Positions 11,049 to 22,600 of a stretch of 58,012 bases of DNA are shown here, piece after piece. Below the pieces are notes generated by a model. That model ran no database searches. It was not told the DNA's origin and worked only from the letters and a program-made list of their open reading frames with translations. The position numbers and the translations under genes were made by a program. Position 1 is the first letter of the stretch; each line of letters opens with the position of its first letter. This DNA comes from Macrostomum lignano (lineage: Eukaryota): positions 1 through 58,012 of the forward strand of contig NIVC01000207.1 in NCBI GenBank assembly GCA_002269645.1. Reading direction: 5' to 3'.

Positions 11049-13345
11049 TTCGTTGCCTGATGCTATTTATTTGAAAACGACTTTGAGTTCGAACGAGAAA
11101 GAAATCTCTTAATTTGATATGATCATATTGTCTGCTATTCACAAAAGCTTTAACCTTTGCTTGAGAAACTACCAAAACAGAGTTACAGAAATTAAACCTA
11201 ACCTAATTACACCAAATTTAATTATTAATTTAATTTAGAGAAAATGAAAACGAGGTACCAAGTTAAAATTTGACGCCGCGGTGATTACTAACAAAACAGA
11301 AAATGTAACAAAGATAAATTAAAAGATTTCATAACGTTAATACAATCAAATTTAAGAACTTTCAAAAACTTTTTAAGTTTTTTATGAACAATTATTATGT
11401 GGACCTGAAAAATTTAGGACGGAATAATGGGTGCAAAGCGCCTTCAAAAGGGCCGTTCGGAATGGGATGAAATTAACTCGGGCTCGGGAAAATTAAAAAA
11501 ATTAAAATAATGAAAAAAAACTCTCTATTTGTCAAGATTCTATGTCAAAATAAAAAATTCACTTTTTACGTTGCATGATGTACTATACTACCCCGATAAA
11601 CTGAGTACTGCGTGTGACATGTGTATGCATGTTTATCAGGTATGCACATAAATATAAAACATGCATTTTCAATAAGTCAATAATGCTTGCTTCTGATTAT
11701 TTCCGTTCCAGCACTCTAACTCGATGTCACATATCAATTACGCGTTTGCTTATTGATTGACTATAGTGGCCGGTTTAAAAATTCAGAATGTATAAAACGT
11801 ACACTATACTCCTCGAGCAAATGTTTGTAGAAAATTTTTTCCAAAATTAGGAGAGGAACAATAATAATTGTGCACACCCATGCGGAATCGAAAACGTTTT
11901 GCAAAGTGATACATTTAATATTATATGAATTAATTGAGAACATGCGTACATGATAGAAATGGTCGTGCAGGATGCTGATCTGACACAAATAAAACAGATC
12001 AGGATCGAAAGTGGCTAGAGAATGCACAACAGGTCGATGTTCATGTCATATGGTCGTCGTCACCCTGATGCCATTTATTGAAGGTACCGAAGGCGTCGGC
12101 TGGTGATCATGATGGAATGCTTGAAACTACGAGACATATGTACGTACATGTATAGGTTGAGGATGTTCAGCAGCTGAAAAATACTCATTAATAATACTAT
12201 AGGCTTGATCAGCGTAACTAGAGAAATTCGCGATTCGCAGGTGCCTATATATTTTACAGTACTCACCTGGTGCCACCTGTTGAAGGTCCACCAGAAACTG
12301 GCCGCCTGGGGGGGGAGGCAGCAGGCATGGTCGCCGAAGTCAGAGCTCTGATCATGCAGACACATGTGGTCGACGTGCTGATGAAAATTGGAGGCTTGGC
12401 AAGGTCGCACTGAGGCGCAGTGCTGATTGGCGCACTGGGGTGAATTCCCGTACAACAAAATTGTATATCCAATTACATGAAAGTATATCCCTGCAATGGA
12501 AAGTTAGGTATCCAATACGGATCCCTTTAGGTTGTATGAACGTCCCTGAGGCGTGTCGAATTCATTTATGATCTTTCAAGTGGCTCTACAAAAATGATGA
12601 ATAAATAGTGAATTATAATAGAAGCATTATTTATTCAGAACCATTTTTAGAACCACTTGTAGATATTAGCCAAACGTACGTGTGACGCGACCCTTCTTGT
12701 TCGGTGCTGACGGCTATGCACTTATCAATAAATGAGTCTACGTAGCAAGAAAGTTTAGAATTTTAACTTCGACTGATTGTATTTAACCGTATTATATTAT
12801 TTATTTGAAGACAGGAGTTAACTGTTGCTGTTAAATTATTGGTAGTAAGTACTAAGTATGGCGAATAGGCACAACGCGGCGGACAAACCAACAGCACACA
12901 CGAGCCCAGCGAGACAAGAACACTAGAGAACAAAAATGCGATATAACCCACTTTTAAATAATGCAATACCCGTATTTCTATGAATGATACAGTAAGACAA
13001 ATTTTATGTATAAATATAGAATAAATTTAAGATTCGTTTAATAAATAGTAGTTAGATTAATAATATAATACTAAAAGGGCATTAATAACACTAGAATATT
13101 TTCAGAAATAAATAGCTCGTATCAACATCGTTACATACGCTCATATTAAAAATACGTTTAAGTCATAAGGAACGAGCTAAATTCCAGTAACTCTGTTTGC
13201 ACACGAAATTTTAACACATGAAAAAAATGACACAAAAATTATTTATCCACTAGCATTTGTATTTCTTTGGATAGATAGATTAGTTTGCTCCGAATATTAT
13301 TAAAAGAAAAGTCAGCACCCTCACCGTGAGTGATTAACAGTAATA

Positions 13346-14294
13346 TAGCATTTTGCAGTCAAGCCCGAACTGCGGGCATTCAAATTAGACGCTTGACCAG
13401 ATCTCACTGCTGGCACAAATGCTATCTATGGCCTAGACAAAATCACACTGGTGGGCACTCAATTCAGACAAGGGGCATTCAAATTAGACAAGTTCTCAGG
13501 CGCATTGGCTGGGCAATTCAAGATCGTGTTGCGTCTGTTGTCAGACAACCATTCTGTGAACCCTGAACTATGAAGATAAGAACAAGTTATAACAAAGTAA
13601 GCATGTGTGACCAGGCAAGTCGTGACCGACAAATCCACGAGCCAGTTGGCGAATTCAACGCGTCTTTGCTTGACCTCATGCGAATTTCTCGCTTCAGGTA
13701 CATCGCCATCTCTTGACAGGATTTTCATCGAAAAAAGTTGTCCATCCAGTGCTCGAGAGACTGTTGAAATGTCAATCGTTGGTATTGCGGGAAACTCAGA
13801 CAGAAGCGATTCCCGCATTTGCCCGAGTGTCATCAGAGGGTTGGCATTCAACAAGGCGGCCAGATGGTCCTTCATTGCAGGATTCATTCGACGGTGCCTG
13901 GCTCCTCCCCTTGGTAGCGCGTATCGCTGGCCATCCTGAACAAACTTGTTCCAGATGTTGTACACTGATGATCTCTTGACATCCAACATGTTGGCAATTT
14001 CAGCCACAGAGTCACCACGTTGGCATGCCCCAATAATGAGGTCACGCTTCTCTCTGGAAATTCTTGCATAGCGACGAATCGGATTGTCCATGGTCTTTCT
14101 CTCTGGCACACATAGACTTTCCGCTGCTTGTCTAATTTGAATGCCCGTTGTCTAAATTGAGTGCCCGTCAGTGTGTTTCAGTTTGTGCCACAGACATAAA
14201 GTTCTGCTTGACTTGGGGACGGATTCTGAAATTTGGCTCTTCCCTTCTTGTCTAATTTGAATGCCCGCAGCTCAAACTTGACTGCAAAATGCTA
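13346..14294 (-). mobile_element. Internally deleted Tc1/mariner-IS630 superfamily transposon (949 bp) with a DNA-binding-domain-only ORF
   Basis: TIRs tagcattttgcagtcaag...ctgcgggcattcaaattagac at both ends; TA flanks (13344-45, 14295-96); repeated ggcattcaaattagac motifs inside both ends. ORF 14109-13459 encodes paired-like HTHs (SVAEIANMLDVKRSSVYNIW; TLGQMRESL..IDISTVSRAL) and RNSHEVKQRRVEFANWL, then runs into the left terminal repeats with no DDE/D triad. Confidence 0.9.
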
Positions 14295-14632
14295 TAATAA
14301 AAAGTAGAATGCAAAAAACAAGATAAAAACGTCTTTGTTCGACTCGAATATTTTTATTGAATTGACTTGATACGTATTGCCACACAATTGGACATCTTCA
14401 GGCGATACACTGATCACATTTAATTTATCACGAAAAATTGCATTATCTTGAAGCATTTCAGCGTCCTATGACTTAATTGTACACATCAATTGTCTAGTTA
14501 CTTTTGGAGATAATCTAAAGAATAATCAAAAGCTAAACAAGCATTAGCCAGCTAGAATCGACAATAATTTCTCAATTTACAATCGTAGTGTTAATTAAGT
14601 AACAATACACTTCAAAGCTACTGATTAAACGA

Positions 14633-17600
14633 TCACAGATATAATTTCTCTTTCTTTCGCGCCTCTCGCTTTCGCTTGAGGTCGATTCGCTCCCGCTCCA
14701 GAATGAACTGCGTCTTTTCGATGACCCGCTTGCAGCCGGAGGAGGCGAAGTAGCGCTCGACTTTGGGCTGAAAATCAATGTCGGCCAGCACGCGGTCGAT
14801 GAAGCAGGTCGGGATCAGATAGTCTGGCTGATTATCCAGCAGGTAGTCATCTATACAGCCGGCCACGTGATCTTTCTCGAGAGGCAGGAGCGGAATGAAT
14901 TGCGACACCAGGCTGTGGTAGAGTAAAGCGCCTGGTTGCTGGCTGCCTGCGGTTCGCAGAGCGGACTCGAGTTACTGAGTTTTCTTGTTTATTTTGCCCT
15001 CAAAGGGACGTTACCTTAAACCCGTGCAGCAATCCGACGTCAGCGTCAATGGATGTCTCTGGCAAATGGGTGGTTTTAACAATTCAACAACGTTTCAGCC
15101 GACGTATGACGTCGTTATCCGTCGGTAGATTGCAAACTTACCCAATTTACAGCGACATCCATCGTCGATTAGGTGGAGAGAGGCTGACATCCTCTTTATA
15201 GCTTTACAGTTATCTATTCTATTTCTGCTAAGAAATTTCCACGGTTTTGTTTTCGATTCATGCAGGAATTTACATTGTGAACTTCTATGGGGATTCTCCA
15301 TTTGTAAATTTTGATAGTTTTCATAGAGATACTTCAATCGTGAGGTATTTTTCGGTTTTGTAGAAGTTTAACTTAAAACACAGTGGAGAAAAGAATTCGT
15401 ACGTTTGGCCTCGGATTCAAGGTGCTTGGATAGCAGGTTGTCAAAATCTGTGTAGATATCGTAGCGTTTGCGTCCCAGTCGCTTCTGCTCGACCATGTGG
15501 CTCATTATCAGGTCGCTACCGTCGTTTCTGAAAAATACAAAAAAGTATAACAAACTCAGAATATCTATCTGGATTTTATTTGTTTCAAATGCAGCTACCA
15601 CGACCATCAGATTCTGTTGCAAATTAGGACTTTCTAGAAATTTTTCATATCTACAGGACGGCCTTATAAAATTTTTCGCTCGAATTTACCGAAGAAAGAT
15701 GAAGATGGCCCGGCGATAGTCGACTCCGCCGATGTGGTCGTTGTGGTCTAAGAAAGGTTTGAGGGCGTCGAGCAGCGCCAGGCCGTGCGGGATCTTGTCG
15801 AATTCGTCAAAGACGAACATGGACTTCGAGCAACGGGACACGTTGCCCCGCACCCACTCTTGGAGCTCGCTCTGGGAAATACGAGAGTGGGAGATGTCTG
15901 GCCAGATTGCTCAATTTAAGCCACTTAAAATAGCTTATAAACTACGAGTAGACCATGAAGTCGGTCTAGAAGTAAAACTCTAGGGGCGATTTACGGATCT
16001 GGGAGAGCGTCGGCAACCCAGGAACTGAGAATTTGGGAGGACGATTGTTGCTCAGCAAGTGAAAATTTGGGAGGTCGGCAGCGGCCCGGCAACTGAAGAA
16101 CTGAAGGGCGATGGTTGCTCAGAAACTAAGGATCTGGAAGGGCGGCAGTGGCCCAGCAACTGAAGATCTTGGAGGGTGGCGGTAGCCAACCCAGCAACTG
16201 ATAGGATCTCAGAGAGCGTCTGCAACCCAGCAACTGATAGGATCTGAGAGAGCGTCTGCAACTCAGCAACTGATAGGATCTCAGAGAGCGTCTGCAACCC
16301 AGCAACTGATAGGATCTCAGAGAGCGTCTGCAACCCAGCAACTGATAGGATCTGAGAGAGCGTCTGCAACCCAGCAACTGAAGATCTGAGAGAGCGTCTG
16401 CAACCCAGCAACTGAAGATCTCAGAGAGCGTCTGCAACCCAGCAACTGAGGATCTGAGAGAGCGTTGGTATCCCAGCAATTGAGGATCTGAAAGGTCGGC
16501 AGTGGCCAGGCAACTGAAGATTTGGGAGGTCCAGCAACTGAGAATCCTGGAGAGCAATGGTTTGAATTGAGAATCCAAGCCGATGCTGAGTGCAGCAGAG
16601 ATTCTGACAGATTAGAAGAAAATCAAAAGGCTTGCTAAGAAAACCAACCATGTATGTTTCCAACCGACTCTTATGAGGGAAATGCACAGCGGCATGAAAT
16701 AGTCGGTAGAAGTTGCTTTTGGTGCCCCTTGTGTACAGATGATTCGCCAGAATTTTGGCCACATAGTTCTTGCCAGTGCCTGTAGGGCCATGCAGAGACA
16801 GCACGAGAGCTTTGGCTGACTGCTTGTCATTCCAGTGGTGCCAGACAGCATTTGCGAGACCAACCAATGGCTGTCCATAAACTTTGGTGTCAAGAGCCAC
16901 TTTGAATCCTGTAGTAAAACAAAATATTGCAGTGATACTAAATTAAGAATACTATCATATTATAAACTGGCAAAAGTTACTTTTAAAATTCAAATTATTA
17001 TTTCTAATGAGTATTTATTAAAATCAATCACTAGCAAGGTTTTCATTTCTAAAGTTGCAATAATTCTCTAACATTAATTCAATATAGAAACTCTGGCAAT
17101 TGTTTTTTTCAATAAGACTTCAAAGTATATGCAATTTTTATGCATATAAGACAAAATTGACTAAAACAGAAAAAACTATATTTTTGTTATTATGCTTCTA
17201 TTAAAAATTTATTGGATCTTCTGTTGAGAATGTTACATTCAAAATAATGTTGAGAATTTAGCCCTCTTTGTCTATAGATTTTTACTTATAAAAATGAATA
17301 TAAAACCAATAAAGTATCTGCTATTGAAATTCTAAAGATAAAGTAATATATATATATTTAAAAATGGTGCATTTTTTCATACAACTTAGCTCTTCTGAAT
17401 TCAAGATATTCACAGACAGGCCTGTATGTAATATAAATTTTCTTAGCATAAAAAACACAAAGTATGGTGTTAACTTTTAACAAATTTTTAGTGCCCAAAG
17501 TAAATTTAAAGTATTTAAATAGTCACCTGTGTGATTGAAACTTATCCACATGGAGTCACAAATTTCTTCATCGTCGAGTGAACTGTATAATTGCCCAAGA

Positions 17601-17674
17601 GTGAGAAATATTAAAAATGATGCTATAATTGAATTTGAAAAGCATAAAAACGTTAAGGAGTAAATAACCTTCAT
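14633..17674 (-). CDS. TOR1A-like: Torsin family AAA+ ATPase, paralog C (about 342 aa)
   Basis: Exons (minus): 17674-17527, 16908-16649, 15871-15690, 15527-15403, 14946-14633; sum 1029 nt, open frame. An alternative in-frame exon-5 acceptor at 14931 is possible. Walker A HGPTGTGKN, GNVS, Walker B FVFDEFDKI, FIFLRN, FIPLLPLE, SSGCKRV, tail KRKREARKKEKLYL*. Confidence 0.93.
16000..16555. repeat. 36-bp minisatellite (cccagcaactgataggatctcagagagcgtctgcaa) with degenerate flanks, in torsin C intron 2
   Basis: Direct periodicity of 36; the core is shared with the 28-bp repeat at 39060-39555. Confidence 0.93.
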
Positions 17675-18655
17675 CTTCGATTAAAAATGAGAGCAAGGAT
17701 CACTTCTACGGTTGGACAGTTTAAGCTTATGTAAGTAAATACAACTAAGAAACTCCAAAAATATTGTATCTAATTACTAATACTAATACATTAAATTAGT
17801 TTCAAGGTTCTAAGTTAAAGTCGTACGCATTATATCGATATATGTTGAGAATAACAAAACTTAGTATCCATTATGCATGCGTTGCGTCAAATGCGATTTT
17901 GGGCTCTTAAATCTCGTGTAATGCATTTCAAATAAATTGAAATTTGTTAATAATGATATTATTAATTGCTATTAGTTATTGACGAATTAATTTTACTTCT
18001 TCATGTACATATATTAACCAGCATCCTGTCATACCGTATTTGGCGAAAATTTTGGTTCGTTAGATATGCGTGCCTGCCGGATAGGTAATATTAAGGCACG
18101 GCTCTGTGAAACCCCATAACCGTGTTATAAAAGACATAAGCACCTGCGAGTGAAAGCATCCACAGTACTAAGTTCAGAAGCACTTGAACATATTTCTGTA
18201 CAACCTGTGCTATGTTAAATTTTGATATAACTCTTTTACACATGTAAGCCCATTAATTTTCTGGCCAATGAACGTTTGGTTAAAACAAAGTTTCAACCAA
18301 AATTGCAACCCAACCCAAACCCAGCTCATAAAACAAATGAAAAAAGAATAAAAGCTTTTAAAATGAACAGAGAACCCAAATAAGTTTCTTACTTTTCTTT
18401 ATAAACGTTATTGATTTAGGTATAATCTATTTTGGGACTGCATACAGAAACGCTAGTCGCTGTTTCTATAAAGCAGTGTATTTAATTTGCGGCTTTGTAC
18501 AACACAACAACGCTGGGTCGCATTTGGGTTAACAAAATAATAAGATTTACACGCAAATTAGTTTTTGAAAACCGGGAAAAATAACTGAATAACCACACCG
18601 TATTATAAAGCACAAGTAATTATCAAAGCTGAAACAATATCAATAGCAAAGAGCC

Positions 18656-19292
18656 TCAGGAATCGTTTAAAACCATGAGAGTCTTATCGACAATACGCTT
18701 GCAACCGGCGCTTGAAAAGAATCGTTCATCATTTGGCACAAAGGGCAGCTCGTTCAGCACCCGGTCGACCAGGTCTTTCTCGCCCGTATGAGCAGGTTGA
18801 CTGGCTTTCAGGTAGTCCTTGATGCAGCCGATCACGTGATCTCGCTCCAGCGGCAGGAACGGGATGAAGCGTGACACCAGGTGATGCTGGAGTAGGGCGC
18901 TGGAACGCAGCGCACCTGCGGACACAATTAAAGTAAACAAAGTCCAGGTCAAACACAATCATTTTTCAAGCGTAAATTCGAAGGCCTTTTCAGATCAGAA
19001 GGCTTCTACTAGCTCAACGATTCGGAGCTGGATATAATCGCGATTCTACGTAACGAAAAATGAATCAAAAAAACTTACTACTATTATCAGAGTAGACATG
19101 CTCGGACAGCAGGTGGTCGAACTTGGCCATATTAGACGTGTCAGAACGGTCGTGACCGGATCGCTTCAGTTCAACCATGCGGCGCATGATGAGCTCGCTA
19201 CCGCTGTTGCTGCGGCCGGGAGCAGTAAATTTGGTTGTTTGATTGATAGATGGATAGATGGACAGATAGATGGATAGATAGATAGATGATAG

Positions 19293-19329
<37 letters not shown>

Positions 19330-19334
19330 GATAG

Positions 19335-19371
<37 letters not shown>

Positions 19372-19401
19372 GATAGAAGATAGATAGATAGATAGATAGA
19401 T

Positions 19402-19440
<39 letters not shown>

Positions 19441-19445
19441 GATAG

Positions 19446-19538
<93 letters not shown>

Positions 19539-19539
19539 T

Positions 19540-19622
<83 letters not shown>

Positions 19623-22600
19623 GGATAGATGGATGTATAGATATTACAGATAGATAGAGTTACATAGCTAGAAGTATTACCTGAGAAAGATAAAGATGGC
19701 CCGCCGATAGTCAATGCCATTGATGTGCTCATGATAATCAACAAAAGGTTTGAGCACGTCAAGCAGCGAGTGCGGCATCTTGTCAATCTCGTCGAATACA
19801 AACACGGACTTGCCGCAGAGAGACACGTTGCCCCGGACCCATTCGTGTATCTGGTCCTGGCGGCGTATTTAGGATAAACAATTGAAGGTCAAAAATACCG
19901 ACTTATTTAATTGTAAAACTGTAATCTAGCTGTAGTTCTGTAGTTCTGTTCTACATGCAACACTTAATTTTGACGAATTTTATTCTTATATACCGCTGTT
20001 TTAATTCGATCATAAACTAGAACCAGCACTGTTATTCTATAAACTACCACTCTATCATAGGTCATATGCTATCATTCTACTATAGATGATGGGCTACCAT
20101 TCTACCATAAGTCAAAGACTACCATTCTATCATAGGTCATAGACTGCCATTCTATCATAGGTCATAGACTGCCATTCTATCATAGGTCATAGACTGCCAT
20201 TCTATCATAGGTCATAGACTGCCATTCTATCATAGGTCATAGACTGCCATTCTATCATAGGTCATAGACTTCCATTCTATCATAGGTCATAGACTGCCAT
20301 TCTATCATACGTCATAGACTGCCATTCTATCATAGGTCATAGACTGCCATTCTATCATAGGTCATAGACTGCCATTCTATCATACGTCATAGACTGCCAT
20401 TCTATCATACGTCATAGACTGCCATTCTATCATAGGTCATAGACTGCCATTCTATCATAGGTCATAGACTGCCATTCTATCATAGGTCATAGACTGCCAT
20501 TCTATCATAGGTCATAGACTGCCATTCTATCATAGGTCATAGACTGCCATTCTATCATAGGTCATAGACTGCCATTTCATCATAGGTCATAGACTGCCAT
20601 TCCATCATAGGTCATAGACTGCCATTCTATCATAGGTCATAGACTCCCAGTCTATCATAGGTCATAGACTCTTATTCTCTCATCGTTTAGAATCTAATGC
20701 TAATAAGTTCTGCATCAATTCTAGCACTGACATGAACTCTACTAAAAGAGTTGAAACCGAATCAAACCAACCGCGTAAGTGTCCAGCAGCCTCGAGTGAG
20801 GAAAATGCACTGTAGCCGAGAACAAATGAAAATATCGACTCCGACCGCCGCGCTTGAACAGGTGATCGGCCAGGATGCGCACTGCGTAATTCTTTCCCGT
20901 GCCAGTGGGCCCGTGCAGTGACAGCACCAGAGCCTTGGCCGGGTGCCTGTTGTTCCAATGCTCCTGGACGGCCTCGGACAGGCGGCCAATCAGTGGCTGG
21001 CCATAGACTTTGGCGGCCAGAGCCTCTTTGAATCCTTCATGGTTGAGGGGACATGGGGGGAGTAGGTTTGGGTGGCAGCTTGACTGTAGGTCAATCAGCA
21101 AAATAGACTATCTTATCAAGTTATTCACAAAGTCACAAAAAATCTGTAAAAATGCCTGTTTTGTCACGCATAAGGGCAATATAAAACTAGCTAGAATATG
21201 GTCAATTATCCATAAAAAAATTGCTACAATTAAATACTGCTATTATACTATTTTATATACACTGGGAAGTTCAAAGTGGGAAGCTCTTTTCAGCTGGGGA
21301 AAATTTATATTTATGATACTTATTTTGCAATATTGGTTTGCAACTGTACTGGGGAAAGGGGTGTAGCTTGGGGGGGGGGGGGTCAGTGCTGCACCATACC
21401 TGCGCATTGAAGGGTTTCTAGCGCTTGGTCTTTCAGGGGGAGGGGGCTCCTTGTGCTAGGTTGGCATGAGCTCACTCTTCTGGTTCTCATTCATGTATGA
21501 TTTTTTGTGTTTCTGTGGGGTCTTCAGTTGGGTTTTTTTCTGCTCTTTTGTTAGCAATGTCTCAATAGTTAGAGTGTGGCTGGAAGGTGAATGCCTGTGG
21601 GGGCAAACATGGATAGACTTCCTGAGAGCAACAAAGCAAACTAAAGATAGTTGAGTCAAGAGCCTTTTGAGAACAACTTCATTATGACAATTGATCTTTT
21701 TTTAAAATGAAAAGTTCTAATATATCTTCAATTGCTTAAATTTTTATAAAATGACTGCTGGTGCTGACATTGCATTTTTTTCTCTTTTTGACTAATTATA
21801 CTACTTATATCTTTGGACAGAATATTTATTTTTTGCTTTTATGCAATGAAACTTTGCATGTAATGGCACATACAAAAAAATTTGGTAAATAGCTATGGTT
21901 AAAATGGATTTGGAAATAAAAACATAGGTTTAGATTTGGCTAGACCATGGAAATTTGTAATTGGTAGCCTAATGTCTTAATTTAAATTGTTTTTTGATTA
22001 CTTTAGTAACAACATTTATAAAAAATAATTGTAATCTAATATTTTTTAACTTTGCAGCAAAATAAAAGACAAAAAAGTAACCCGATTGGTATAAAAAATG
22101 AATTTAATTTGTTTAAACAATCTTCGCTACTTTTATTTAACAAGGTGCTAAAAAATACAAGCATATTTTTGCTTTCAATTGTTTTTATTGTCTTGTATAT
22201 AGCGCACAATGCAGATGAAACTCTTGGCATGTAGGTGCACATGAGATTTTTTAATAATCTTTGCATGCAGTAGTCAGGTTCTAATATTTTTGTGGCATGC
22301 ATAGAACATCTTTGGGACTATGGTTAACATTAGTCTTTATAATAAGTTATAATAAATAAACCTTAAATTCTGAAAATATGTTATAGAATTTTACTTGCAT
22401 ATTATTATTTTTGCTTGTATTTTCTCTATATAGTTATTCCAATAACAAAATGGGTTTACTATTAAGTTAGGCCAATTGTGAAAATTATTTTTCATTTTAA
22501 ACTAAGATAGGCCTATTATAATGATATTAGGCTACAAAATTTAAACACATAGTTCAAAATTTTAATGCCTTAATTGTATCAAATTGTGTCATTAAAATAT

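Noticed and set aside
12267-12434. PAN/apple-domain exon of a separate gene
   Set aside because: Cys spacing is only loosely similar, no compatible neighbouring exons were found, and the related copy at 5700-5790 has a stop in this frame.
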